A stretch of DNA of 64,000 nucleotides from Mytilus californianus (GCF_021869535.1 NW_026262723.1:79670001-79734000), one strand, 5' to 3'; numbered from the stretch's first letter, positions 24,746 through 38,639 are shown. Notes: generated by a model from the letters alone, not told the origin. Translations and numbers: made by a program.

Positions 24746-27029
24746 TTAGGTTTTAGACTTCTAATCAACAAATTCGTTATTACCAAAACTTAGATACATT
24801 GTATTTATATCTGTCAAAACAATAAACCAATAATACCAGAAGTTATAGCTCGAAATGTATAAAATCAATATTGAATCTGCAAAATGCAAATGTCCTAACT
24901 AGAAGCAACTAAACCAGATATATTACACTATTAAACCAATAACAGTCTAACAAAGATTATTTGGAGATATTTTTTTTATCACATAATTTTAAAGTAATTA
25001 TCATTCTGCACATTTTGTAAAAATCCCAAAGTCATTATCATATCACAACAGGGAGTAAATTGATAATGAACTTATGTAAATAAAAGCACATGGTAATTAC
25101 TCTAAATATATGGGCATTTGGGAGGGGCTACTATGTCAATCATCTGTTGATACCAGTGTCCAGCTGTTAATCCCTGACCACAAGATAAATATTGTGGTCT
25201 TATCTCACTGTATTGCAACAAAAGTAATTTATATAACCATGAAAGTAAACAGAGAAAAGGAAAAAGATATGAAAAGGAAAAAATCTAGAATGAAAAAATC
25301 TACCAAAATGAAAAAGAAAACTATGGATAAGAGTGTGAAAGTATCTTTGAAAGCCTCTGACAAAGGTTCTTACTACAAACAAGAAGAATATGTCTCTGAA
25401 TCTTCTACATTTAAATGATGAGCGTGTCTTCTGTTAGGAGTTTTAGGCATTTTAACCAATTTTAAGTTCATGTGAAATTTTTCAATTCCATAAAACTAAA
25501 AAATCATGTGGGACATTCTGTTTTCAGGAAGGGGATGGTCTTGATCTTTTTATGAACATATCTTTTATTGCATAATTTTAATGTTCTAGCAAATTTCAAA
25601 GTATATTTTTTTTTAAAATACAAATGAAAATTATTCTTTATAGTGAGAATGATGATGTTAAATATTGATTATAAGCAGCTGGTCAATTCTGTTATTCTCT
25701 TATCTTAGACTGTCTGGACAGAGGCGGAGCTTTGTCTATATTTCAGTACTACATTACTGATGTTGGTCAAATCTGTGACGTCAAACTCCCGCCAAATGCC
25801 AAGTTAGTGTTGAACAGTGCACACATAATGCAAAATTTACAGTCTAAGAGTATCAAAGACACAAACTGTGTGGTTCTATTGATAAAATAGTGATGTCAGA
25901 ACACTCCTGGGGTGTTCCCAGTGGAATTTTTATATTTATGTTGCATTTATAGGGGTTCTAAGGGGGAAATTCAGTGTTTAGGTGATTTCTTAGAACAATT
26001 TTTCATGAGAATTGTAAGCAAAAAATGGAAATAGAAACTTTATGGGTACCCCCTTTGGTTTGGCTAAGATATATGTGATTAAATGGAGTATTTACTACAA
26101 TACCGTGTCCCAGTTTTTGGATAATTTGTTTCTTAATGAATTTATAGGTCTCCAAAGATGAAAGGTGAAATGAGGTATGGCAACTGGCAGTTAAATCAAT
26201 ATATCTTCTTACTGGAGGCATATATCAAAAATCTGAGACACGGTTTTGTAGCTTGTGTATGGTTGATTAAAGGGATGAAAACAAATTTTTACTACAATTT
26301 GACCTGAATGTGCCATTTTCATCCAAGTTGGATGACCAGTTTTTTGGCAATTAATGAGCTATATTTTTAAAATAATCATACCAAAAATAAATGTATCTAT
26401 AGATTAAGAAAGAGTAAAATTTAAGCTTTAAAATGAATTAAAGATTTTAAAAATCCATTGAGTAGTTTTGGAGAAATTAATCTTTAAAGACTGTTGGTTG
26501 GAGTCAGAAAATTCTGACTGTAGTGCTACCTTAAGATCTGTCTAGCATATGTTCAATCGTTATTATTTATCTGGACACACAAACAACATACTGAATTGTC
26601 TGAAGAGCTACTGAACAGTACTGAATTGACTGCAGGCGATTTGTCTGAACAGTACTGAACTAACTGCGGTGGATAAGACCGACAATTGACCGAAAGGCTG
26701 AAAATGACTTACACAATTAATGTTTAAACTTTTCAGATGATTTTAAGATCAGAATGACCGTTTCAGACTAAAATTAATTTATTAGTGTTCGTTTAAAATG
26801 TCATTAAATGAAATTGCCTCAAACGGTGGTTGCAGATAACAACTGTTCATCTGTTGTGGACGTAGTACCACTTAGACGCAGTAAAGATACTTTCTATTGA
26901 TACTACATAATACAAATAACACTTTATAAATTTGCTTCGTCTGAAGTACTTTTCTTTTGAGAACAATCCCCACCAGAAACGCTTAAATCAAACAAATTGA
27001 AAGCCAGGATTGTGTATATATTTGAATAT

Positions 27030-27460
27030 TTGATGAAAATCAAGAAAAATCGCGTCTAACGCGCCAAATTTATAAAATGTTTCTATAGTGTTACTATGTG
27101 TATTTGCAATTTCTAGCACTGGGTCGATACGGCTAATAGTGCACTGCTAGTCCACGAGGCTATTATCAACTCAGTGGTCAGTATTTCGGCACCTACATGA
27201 TTTATAACAAACCTTAGATTCTTAAATTCTTCGTTGATTAATTTAGATTTTTTTGTAAGAAACTAAGGTGACAGCTCCCTCCGGCAAAGATTACTTTTTT
27301 TGGATTTGGCTTTTCTTTTTATGTCTTTTTGGTTATATAGGTGCTCAAGTATTCAAATATTTATACAACCTGGATTTTCATTTTGTTGTTTTGAGCGTTC
27401 TTGGTGGAAGCAAATACCGAAAAGAGCTTCTGATGCACCAAATTTATAAAGAGTTTTATT
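27030..27460 (+). mobile_element. Retrozyme-like monomer bounded by two degenerate hammerhead motifs
   Basis: tTGATGA-aaatcaa-GAAA-aatcgc-GTC-taacgc at 27030-27062 and gcgttc-TTGGTGG-aagcaaatacc-GAAA-a-gagc-TTC-tgatgc at 27395-27436. The body is colinear with 16430-17080. Confidence 0.7.
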
Positions 27461-27657
27461 CCTTTTGAGGATATATTTGATCAAAAGAAACCAATTAAGA
27501 ACAGCCATATCCACATCTCACGATTTACAATGGATCATTTAAATGCAATCATAATCAACAAATTTGAGAACGATGACATGCCACAATTCTTTTATCTTAT
27601 CGGACAAAATAATTTGAAAAATCGTATATGTAAAGCGTTTAACGTCTGTATTTTCAG

Positions 27658-27696
27658 GGAGAATTTGATGAAGCACTTGGACTCTTTGATAACGAG
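27658..27696 (+). CDS. TTC38: TTC38 exon 9
   Basis: ttttcag|GEFDEALGLFDNE|gtaaa; matches human GEYEAALTIYDTH. Confidence 0.9.
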
Positions 27697-28988
27697 GTAA
27701 AGGAAAATTAGCAGCAATGCACTTACGATATATTTTGTTTAACATTTTAAAGTTGTTAAAATGAGTACATGTATAATTAATTTGAAGGCGTCAAAATCTA
27801 AACTTCCCGTTTAATATTTCGATCTAAACACCAAAAATTGTCCAATATAAGTCTGAAAATCGTGTGATGGAGACATTTTCAGAGATGAAGATACAAGCTA
27901 TCAGTTACAAATACTAAGAAGAAATTGTCAACAAAAAGATATGAAAATATTCAGGGATGATTGAAGTGTAACATAAATAAGGACTAAATATGAATAAAAG
28001 GAGACGTGTGATAAAATGTCAATGGTGGAGTAACTACACAAAACATAACAAAAAAAGAAAGAAATCAAGAGGAGCAAACATTTGCAAATCATCATACGTT
28101 GATTATTTGTTTAAAATGCAACCAGAAAACTTTAAAAGCTTTGTGGTAAGTAAAACTGATACAATGTATTGTATCTTGCAACCGGCAGCCAACATATAAG
28201 GATAAAATAACAAATACACATAAAAAATGTAAGTATCACCGAGGCCGGTGACAAACTTCAAAAATTGTGATTGAGAGTTATATTTAAAAAAAGTCTCCAA
28301 ATACTCCATGCTGTTAGCAATCATACACAAAAGAAACCCAAATAGGAAGAATTATACTTTCAAAAATAGAACAACATGAATCGCAACATTATTATTATCC
28401 ACAGCCGTAACTGAAAATCTATGGCATACTTTCAATTTCAAACAGTACGGAAGTCAACATTACATGTCTCATGAACAATTTTCAACAGGTTTGATCGTCA
28501 TCCAAGATAATAGATTTACAATTGTGTGCATAAGCATCTCCTGGCTTATCAAACACTTTTGACAATCCACTTCAAATTATAGATCAAAGCAACAGCAACA
28601 AACAAACATGGAATTAAGAATGGGAGCCGTCATAACAATATATCTCATTGTTGGAGGACATACTGTTGCTTACAACCACGTGATTTTTTAATCTCGTGGT
28701 GAATTGGCTATTTGGCAATCATATCACATATCCTTATTTTATATAAGAGGCTCTACTATATACCAAGCTCTAAATCGCCAGAGCCTACACGATTCCTACT
28801 TGGACTTTGTATCTGATCATGACCACTATGTAGGATTTAACAGAGACCTCAAAATGTTACAAATTCTATGTTTGGTAGTTGGATTACTACATTACGCAAA
28901 CGATAACTGACTTTAAAAACTTTACTATATCCTATATAAGAATACATTTATTACTGAAAACTTATTTATGAAAAAAATGTGTTTGTAG

Positions 28989-29070
28989 ATTGGAAGAAGG
29001 GCATTCAAATCCAAATCAACCATGGAGATCGCTAATTCCGTATCATACCTGTACAGACTAAGACTTGAAG
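28989..29070 (+). CDS. TTC38: TTC38 exon 10
   Basis: ttgtag|IGRRAFKSKSTMEIANSVSYLYRLRLE+G|gtata. Confidence 0.9.
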
Positions 29071-29498
29071 GTATACATAGATAAAGTTATTTATAAAACC
29101 TTTTAAAATTATCGATTAAATATTCGAACAGAACTTTAAAAACAATAAGATATCTCTTTCGAGACATGAAAATAACTTGTAAAAAGCCCTTTCCTTAAAG
29201 CTTCAGTAGTTGGTAGAATGTCCCGTACTGTGAACACCAATCCTCTTCCCTGTAACGATATCGTTTATCGATTACTAGTAATCGAACAAATAGTTAAACA
29301 ATATAAAAAGAATAATTTATTTTATATTCATACTTTACGCAGCTTTAAAGGTCTAATATGAATGCACGATTGTTGTCCTCTGTACGTTTTGATCATTATA
29401 CAGCCATTTTTCCATCATTTAATGCCGTAGGCGCCCCTCAACCATTTTGTTCTGACATATATGTATTTCACATTTAATTATTTATAACTATCCAATAG

Positions 29499-29664
29499 GT
29501 GTACCTGTAATTGAGAAATTCAAAGACTTCAATTCACTTTGTACTCATCATTACGACGATCATGCACTGGGATTTCTTGATACCAGTTATATGATGGCAT
29601 GTCTTGGGGCAAACGACATGGATTCAGCAAAAAAGCTAACAGATTCTATTAGAAAATTTTTAAG
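29499..29664 (+). CDS. TTC38: TTC38 exon 11
   Basis: aatag|(G)VPVIEKFKD...HYDDHALGFLDTSYMMACLGANDMDSAKKLTDSIRKFL|gtaaa. Confidence 0.93.
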
Positions 29665-30816
29665 GTAAAGGTCTGATCTAAACTATCAACCAAACTTAGG
29701 GCTTCGTCAAAAAGCTTCACTTAATCAGATACCCATTTGACAAATACCTTGTTGAAACACGAAATATTATGTCAAAACAAAAGCATTTGCAGAAGGAATA
29801 GTCGTATAAAGGTTTTAGAATGTCCGTTCTATCATCACCACTTCGTTGTACGCTGACCAGCACCTTATTTCGTTATCGGTAATGGAGGACTTTTTATAAC
29901 TGAAAAGCGCCTTCACTTTTTGTAAGTTTGTATTTGATTTGAATGAAGGTTTTATCTAACCATGAGTTCGGTTATAAAAGGAGTTAGAAACCCTTTTTTA
30001 TAAGGACGTTGCACATATACATCTTAATTATGCGTGTCAAATATACAGCAACTGTAATATGAACGTGTACCCGTATAGAAAACCGACGATAATTTCAGTT
30101 ATCAGAAAAACAAGGGTTCAACCAGTACGATTAGAGCTTCTGATCTTATTAAATGTAAAAGCTTTACTGATGAAGTTTATTCAAAAGAAACGCGTCGTAA
30201 GTACGTTAATCGATCGCATCCCTTTTTTTTATAACCATGTGTATAGATTTCAACTTCTTCTTTTAAATTCAAATTATTGTATGATGTGTTTGGTACAGTA
30301 AGTGTGTATTATCTATCACTGTAATTGCGATTTCAGAATCATTGTATTATTGTATTCTATCTACATTCTTGTAATCCTCGGTATAATGTACAGTATTTCC
30401 ATGTGTTTCCTATAAATGAAACTATTCATTTTTATCTATCTGAAAATAATCTATTTTGATACGAACTTTGAAGTTATTATACAGAATAGAATAGTCCCAG
30501 AGCAGCCGTGTCAAAACAAAAATATTATTTTCAACATTGAAAACTAAAGATTAAATCCGATACAAATCAGGGGAAATATCTCGATCACTCGCATTTTGAT
30601 TTGTTTTTTCAAATATACTATGCTCTACGGTTTCATTTCTATGAAAAATTATAATAGTATTCTTTAATGCTACAAGTATCTGTCTTAGGACTTAGTCTTG
30701 TCAAAAGAATATTTATAATATGTAAATAATAACATTTTGCGGAATCCTAACAATAAAAATAGAGGAAATTGTGTATATTTCTTAAGTTGGATTTCCCTTT
30801 TTTCCCTTAATTGTAA

Positions 30817-31389
30817 AGGAGTAGGTCCAGTAAGACCCCTTTTTGGCCCCAAAATATAGCAGTTTTACAAAATTGTTAAAATGTAAACTTTAAGTTATTT
30901 ATTGGTAAGAAGAATGCTTCTGCTACATAAATATGGGCTGTTTTTGACAATACAATGCACATATATCGGGTACTAGCATCCTTTAGTCAGGCTAAATTAC
31001 TGAAATCATCACAATTTTAGCATTTTTGGTTAAATTTTAGACGTCTAAAATGAAAGTGGCCGCATTTGTGTTCATTCTTAATATTGAAATGTAAGTTGTA
31101 TTTAATGATAATACATAACATATATAAAGGTTGAGGATGAACACGGATGCGGTCACGTTCATTTTTGACAAAAACCATCTGAAAAGTGACATTTTTGGCA
31201 TATTAGATATATTTTTCATATTTAAGCTTGAATCGGAGCGTTTTTAATGACTAAATCAGTTAAAATCTTTCACATAAACTAATAGAATCAACTGAAATAG
31301 ACACTTTAGTGTTCAAAAAGTGTCCAAAATCCTTCGTCATATGAATCTGAAATTTGAGGCCAAAATCGACCCTTACCGGACCTACTCCT
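30817..31389. mobile_element. Non-autonomous DNA transposon with 18-bp TIRs (Kolobok-like termini)
   Basis: aggagtaggtccagtaag ... cttaccggacctactcct (1 mismatch), flanked by gtaa/ttat (degenerate TTAA). Confidence 0.8.
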
Positions 31390-31446
31390 TTATGATTTGA
31401 CGGATTCATTTCACCCAAATATTTTAAGATTACATTTTTTCCTCAG

Positions 31447-31603
31447 TGATGGTAAAGGCAACACATGTGAGAGTATGAAATCTGTTGGTTCAGATTTATG
31501 TGAGGCACTCATTGCATTTGAAGATGGACAGTTCGACAAAGCTGTGGATATCATTTATCCTAAACGATATCAGATCATCAACTTAGGTGGTAGTAATGCT
31601 CAG
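31447..31603 (+). CDS. TTC38: TTC38 exon 12
   Basis: cctcag|DGKGNTCESMKSVGSDLCEALIAFEDGQFDKAVDIIYPKRYQIINLGGSNAQ|gtaat; the GGSNAQ motif is conserved. Confidence 0.96.
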
Positions 31604-32246
31604 GTAATAATCCATTCTGGATACATGTGATGTGGTTTCTGGTTTGTCGTGTTTCAAATACGTGTCAGTATATACTGAAGATTGGCAGTTTATTGGAGTA
31701 GACAACTAAAATAGTAGGTACTAGAAATCATTTTCACTCTACTCATTCAATGAACAAATCGGATAGCCAAACATGAGTTTTGATTCGAAAAGAGTGACTT
31801 TCTAACTTGATCTTAATACAAAATTTGCTTTTATTGCAAAAAAAAAAACCCAACAAAAACAGCACTTGCATGTTCATATATGTTCATACATGTATATATA
31901 CTGTTTATTATGTGAAAAAACGGTTCAGTCAGATCAAATGTCGTTTCTCAAATTGATCAAATTAAAACTTAACATTTTATGATTAATATTGTGTACCAAG
32001 TCAGAAATATGACAGTTGTTTTCCATTCGTTTGATGTGTTTGAGCTTTTAATTTTGCCATTTTGATAAGGGACTTTCCGTTATGAATTTTTCTTGGAGTT
32101 CGGTATTTTTTTGTATAAGGGTAGGTATAAGCATCACCAATTTGATAGATTAAAATACATGTATATGGCTTATACCAATTAACAAAACAACTAGGGTTAT
32201 ATAATTTTATGTTACTCAAACTCCTTTTTCCTTATTACTTTTGCAG

Positions 32247-32320
32247 AGAGATGTCATTAATTTGTTCTTAATTCATGCTGCATTAAAATCGGAAGAAAAG
32301 AGACACAGAAATTTAGCTAA
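32247..32320 (+). CDS. TTC38: TTC38 exon 13 (last exon located)
   Basis: ttgcag|RDVINLFLIHAALKSEEKRHRNLA+AA|gtatgt; phase-2 donor. Confidence 0.93.
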
Positions 32321-34168
32321 GTATGTGTGTTAATAATAAAGAAATGCATATGGATAAATAAATGTTTAAATGTTGAATAAACAGTCCCCTTACTTAAAAC
32401 ACAATAAATCTTAAAAAAAAAAGTAAACACGTGTCTATATCAGAAGCTGTAAAGAATCCAAAATGTAGACAAGTTATTAAAAAAATAGAGACAACCAATG
32501 ATGTGATATCAACTCCAACCCTTAACAGGATACCCCCATAAAATGGTAACACACTTACGATTTTCCTGACTTGATACAAATTTCTTCTTACGGCATGTAC
32601 ATTTCTCAGTGAGATCGGTATGAGTGTGTTTGGAATGATGTCTCAGATTTCAATAAAGAAATATTTTCAAATGTCAAAACATTTACCAAATTTTATAACA
32701 AATTTATGTTTCATTATGGATGTATGATTCAACCTTATAGGCACCTTAGAGAGTGTTCCTTCATATTGATTCTTTTTTTTTTGTATCATTTGATTATGAA
32801 AAACCACTTGCACTTTGCCTCATGTCTTCTCAGAAAATATAGCGGTCGATATTAGAGTGTTAAACTACATGGTTTATATGTTAAGATTTAAGTTGTTTGA
32901 AAAGCTGGCTTGGCTGACTGCAAGTGAAGAACATCTTCAGTCATCCCTGGTTTTTGGTGCGTTCGGGTTGCTCATACTGTCTTTAATTTTATGCATAGTG
33001 TTTGGTATACTGTTGTTTGTCTTTTCGTTATTTTTTGTAATTTTATTTTCTGCTTTTCATCGGCGCTATATGTTTTTTTATTGTTCTCATGATATCTTCT
33101 GTCTCTTTTTTTTTTGCCCGATTTTTTTCTCCCTTGGTTTTTTGTTCGAGTTCATGTTGCTCAATCCTTAGCTTTCTGTGTAGTGTATTATAGACCCATT
33201 GGTGGCCTTGGGCTGTTTTATGCTCTTTGGTCGGGTTGTTGTCTCTTTGACACATTCCCCATTTCCATTCTCAATTTTATTTTGTTGGTCTTTAAGCATC
33301 TGAATGTTTTGTCCTTGACGATTTTTGTACTGTTCACAGCTGTCAAATTTCCTCGCGTTAAAAGACTTGGGGCTATTATAATCTGATATTTGGTATAGGC
33401 ACTTGTCTACTGATGTTAGCCTTTTAAAGTCTTTTTATGTGTGTGTTGTAAGTTGACTGTATCATTGACGTGTGCTACACTTCTTATTTATATTATTAAC
33501 ATTGATATTTGGCTGTATTTGCAGATTTAAGATATTTAATTGTAAGAATGAAACATGTAACAATAACTAGAACCATCATATTTATAAATCAAATTAAACA
33601 AGACATTATCGTTAAGTGAAAACAAAGTACATTCACTCTAAATCGACTGTGGGTGTATTTTGATTCTTATTCTCATATTTAGGTACACGAATCTCTTCAA
33701 AGTAAATTCATATAAGCGATAAAGACAAATGAGCATCATAGCCAAAAGTCGAAACAAATTGACAACGCCACGAAAAAAATCTCCGAAAAACGACCTAAAG
33801 AAAAACAACAATATACAAAACACAACATACAAAACTAAGATCAGCAACACAAACCCAAACAAAAACTGGGGGGGATTTCAGGTGCTCCGCTAAGGTAAGC
33901 AGATCCTGCTCCAAATATGACGAAAGGAGGAAACATGATAAAAGCCATGGTTTGTATCCCCTGAAATTGAAAAAACCCAGTTCAAACCGTTACAATTATG
34001 TTAATTTTATTGATAATTGAACAGGTTGATACAATCTGGGCACTTGTGGTGTTATTTTGATGAATTAACTTACATTGTATTTGACTTAAAATGGCATTTT
34101 TTACACGTAGTTCTGTGAGTGAAAACATCCTTTTGGGTAAAACTTTTGCAAGATGATTGAGGCCTTAA

Positions 34169-34781
34169 CGGGGCATTAGCTGTCAAATTCATGTTCACTG
34201 ATTTAATTCAAATTCTCATATTCGACTTATAACATACTTTAACGTATATCCAAATTATAAAAAGTCTAAAATAAACAATTTACAATGCATGAACACAATA
34301 AAATGTATCAGCATTTCCCGGATTTTTTATTCAAGACGCCATCTAATTAACATTCGAGGTGACCTCCAAAGACTGCCGACGGTCATATAACACGATATAA
34401 TCATAAATATAGATATAAATAGATAGCGTAGATCGTGCAATTGGATTTTTCTAGGTCTGTTTGATTTCATATTTTTGGCTAAAAAATGTTAATCATCGTT
34501 TTTACCTGTATAAAAATGAGTTTTTGTGGATCGAATCAGTCAACCAAATGGTTAACCCTTGTTTCACTTCCAATGTTGACATTCTTTTCCTTTTAATAGC
34601 TGAACACGACTAGTTCATACGAGTAAATAATTCTTCAGCGATGGTTCTTAGCTTATTTTGACAAAATTGAACCAAACTGGTTGCTAAAAGAGAATTATTA
34701 TTTCACTATATCACTTTCATCAATGATTGAACAAAAAAAAATAATATTTCAAAAATTGTTTATCTCGTAGCTAATGCCTTT
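34169..34781. mobile_element. TTAA-flanked non-autonomous TIR element (Kolobok-like), 613 bp
   Basis: TTAA-cggggcattagct ... agctaatgccttt-TTAA; inverted homolog at 40269-40954. Confidence 0.82.
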
Positions 34782-36660
34782 TTAATGGAAATATGTAAAA
34801 CAAAATTCGAAAATATGAATACAGACTAATTTCTCATGAACATTTGGTGTTTTTTGATAGGTTTAGAAAAATTTTGGATTTTCGAATTCAAAGGACTAAA
34901 AAGTGGCTTCATCATACTTCCTCAACGTGTATTTCAAATAATAATGACGTAATTACAATAAGAATCACAAATGATAATACTATAATTATCATTATAAGGA
35001 GAAACATGATATTTTTTTTAATTTTAGGATGTTGATATTTGAAAGGAAAAGCCTCAAAGAGAATTCCCCCCTTACCGATCGATTAATTGCAAAACTTGTA
35101 ACAGTGTAAATGGAGAAGAACGAGTAGAACATCATTGGACAATATCTCAAAAAGTAAAATAACAAAAATACGGAACTCCAAGGAAAATTCAAAACGGAAA
35201 GTTCCTTAACAAATGGCAAAATCAAAAGCTCAAACACATCAAACGAATGGAAAACAACTGTCATATTCCTGACTTGGTACAAAATTCCTGTATTGTATCA
35301 AGCTTGTTGTTGAATAAGAACAAGGTTGCATGGCAAACGCATCAAACGCAATCAACGAATTAAACATCCTTCCAATCTAAAATTTGGTGATAAGTGTACG
35401 CGTATTATAAAAGCATTTTGTCAACATACTGGTAGGATGTTCCATCGTATTGACAAAGCCGAACATTAAAAAGGCCCCCCCCCCCCCCAAAAAAAAAAAA
35501 ATAAAAAAAAAACTCTCATTAAAAGAGGTATTGAGTTTATCAAACTTTACTAGCATTTTTAATAACTGTGAAACATCGAAGTTTAGATATTTAATTAAGG
35601 TGTAATACCACCATTGATTTTCCCCTATTAGTCTTTGTTAAATTTGCACTTTTCAAAAAATTGTGCAGAATTAATCTTTGTTTCAAATAAAGAAATACTT
35701 GGCATGAGTAAAGTTTTATCCTGTCCAGTACTATAGAAAAAATTTCACATAACATTTCGTTGCATATAAGAAAATAACCATCACTGGAAGTTAACCAATC
35801 AAATTTTCACCTCTTTTTTTTTACCTGTGTACAAGCTTTAGTAACTATGTAACCTCAAGTTTCAAAAATATTCTATAGAAACCCCAAATAAAAAAATAAT
35901 GGTGCTTTGAAATACCCAAGATATATGTTTATGACCCAGAAATGTTTTACTGCAATGAAATGTAGGATTAATTACCTACAACTGTCAATTTCAAGGGAAT
36001 ATTTTTTTTCGACCTATTTTCGTATGCAGCCGGATGTGACGTACTATGATTTGGTGGTACATCGTTCAAAACCGAGAGGTTATAAACTTATTTAAAACGT
36101 ATTGTGTTCGTACAGGCTAACAATGCAGCCATCAATGTGGTAGTGGCATGATGTAGATACTATACAGAAGTTCTTATAAATACGACGACAGTAGTTTACT
36201 AACGTCAAATCTCGTCAATTACGATGATACAATTCAAGGTAACAAACAAAAACTGAGTCTTATGAATTAAATTATTAGTTCTTATAATTCAATGCCATGC
36301 ATTCCACAGAGAGTAAAATACGTAACAATCGTATCATAACCACATCTCAGTTAAGGCCACCTCTGAACATTTGAAGGTCCCTACTATGCATTGGTGACCT
36401 AAACTACACAAAACTCGATCAAATATCGTTTTAAATCGGCTTTTAGTAAATATATTACAACTAATATTTCTGTGCTTCTAGTTAGTTCTCTAATCAAAAT
36501 TTAGAATAAAACTTGCTACTAGTAATAACTTTTGTAATAAAGCATTTGCAAATAGTGGAAGAATGTTTGGAGTGTAAATAACTCTTGATATTATAGATGA
36601 ATTACGTGCTTTTGATGGTCTTTTCAATTCGGTTGTTAGTTATATTGTTTGTTAATATAT

Positions 36661-36799
36661 AAATAACACATAGCTGAGAGGGTGATAGAGCAGATTGTTA
36701 CCCCGAGAAAACATTGTCAACTGAGGCGAAGCCAAGGTTGACAATGTCTTTTCGAGGGGTAACAATCTGCTCTATCATCCTATCAGATATGTGTTATTT
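36661..36799. mobile_element. Foldback MITE-like palindrome with ~60-bp arms
   Basis: aaataacacatagctgagagggtgatagagcagattgttacccc...gttgacaatg...ggggtaacaatctgctctatcatcctatcagatatgtgttattt. The loop is ctgagg-cgaag-ccaagg. Confidence 0.8.
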
Positions 36800-38234
36800 A
36801 ATTTATTATACTGAATGTTCTGTTATTACTGTCGATAAAATTTCAAATTCAAGTAATAAACTATGACGTCTTGTACATAACAACCATCCGTATTTAATAA
36901 AGCGCACACTTGATCAAGCGTCTCCGTGAATGGTAATAGAGTATTTGCCATATGATAGCGTCGTATCTTATGAAGCACACACTTAATCAAGCGTCTCCGT
37001 GAAGGGTTATAGAATATTTACCATAGAATAGAGTTAATTGTCTCACTCGAATTAACCAATCAAAATCTGGCATTTTGACATGAAGCATAATAATATATAA
37101 GTTTCGTCAAAAAGCATCGACAGGTTGTAGGTATTCCTATAGGCACCCATTCAAGACCTGTTCTATCAGACTTGTTCTTGTATAGTCATGAATCACGGTG
37201 TATGGCCAAATTCAGTAAAGATCCGTCTTATGTCATGTAGTTAATAGATTTAATAACATATACCGTAGCCTTGATGATATTTTTGCTTTAGATAACCAAG
37301 AATTCTTTCTTTATACCGAGGAAATTACCCCGGGTAACTTTAAATACCTGAAACAGCAATCATGTTCTTTTTCTAGAATAGGATATTTCAGTATCACACG
37401 GATAATTGTATACTGAAATTTACGACGAGACGATTTTTCTTTCCCTATTGTTAATTTTCCTTTTTTGGACAGTGATGTTATTTTATCCCACTCTTACGGT
37501 GTGTACATTTTCCAACTATGACCCGTGTCTGAAGTGGCGATTTAGTTTCGCTACTCTTGGTAACCATGCACATCCCTCATTCTTTGTTTTATCTTCTTTT
37601 AAAATGTTTAATGAGATTTAAACATCGGTAAACTACTGTTGCCTCAAATTTTATTTCAATCTTATTTTTGAAACCCGATATTTTTCAATGTAAATGACCA
37701 GACATCATATGTATTTTATAAAAATTTGCATGTAATATAATTTTTAAAAATGGTATATAAGTTTATCCCAATGGGATTGTTTAAAAAAATGGAATATTTA
37801 TCAAACTGTTTCTTAAGTTTAAACTTGATTGTGAATTTTTAAATATTTATTGCTTTGTTGATTATTTATGTATGTTATTGTGTCGTTTGTAACCATGCAA
37901 ATATCATTAAATTCATTTTGTTTTTGTTTTAATTTCATTTTCTTAAAAATAAAACCCAAGGTGACTAAATATTCTTTGCGAAACTTGGACAAAAAGACAG
38001 GTACGTGTATAGCGTGATGAGCAGAATATGGTTCACCATCAAGAACATCTGATATCATTAGCTTTTAACGTTTATTTCAACGTTTTAGGTTTTTTCTGCA
38101 TATTTCTTTCCTGTTGTCTTCAAAATTGCATTTTTTTATATGATTTAATTATCTATAATAACTTTGTTACCATAATATCATTTCACTAATTATTCCACAT
38201 TCACAGTGAGACAGTAATACAAAACATTTAAGAA

Positions 38235-38480
38235 CGCTGTCACGAGTTGGTTGACCGTTATTGAATATCTATTTCATAGATGACGACAAATCTGTTCTAA
38301 TTGTCGTAACCACACTTCCGTCCTCTTTTTCTCGAATGTGACATCATCAGGTGACTTATAACCGAGTTTGTACTTACTGGAGCAGGATCTGCTTACCCTA
38401 CATGATGTCACCCTGGTTTTTGGTGGGGTTCGTGTTGCTCAGTCTTGAGTTTTTCTAAGTAGTGTCTTATATACTGTTGT
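38235..38480 (+). pseudogene. Penelope-like ORF end joined to its 3' tail
   Basis: HELVDRY*ISI runs into ...ggagcaggatctgcttaccc...ggtttttggtggggttcgtgttgctcagtc. Confidence 0.7.
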
Positions 38481-38639
38481 TTATCTCTTTTTGAATCCTT
38501 GGCAATTAAGGTCTACAGTAATTATCTTATATTCGTTATCAAACTAAAATACTTGATATCTGAGTGTTTGATACCATTTCATAATGTTTTGTTCTTATGA
38601 ATCAGCCATTAAATATTAGAAAATATTTTAACATTAAAA

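Noticed and set aside
25110-25418. Lysine-rich 102-aa ORF
   Set aside because: Low-complexity purine-rich stretch within a TTC38 intron; no splice-phase link or recognisable domain.
35473-35512. C-run plus A-runs as a retrocopy poly(A) tail
   Set aside because: No adjacent processed sequence or TSD; simple homopolymers.
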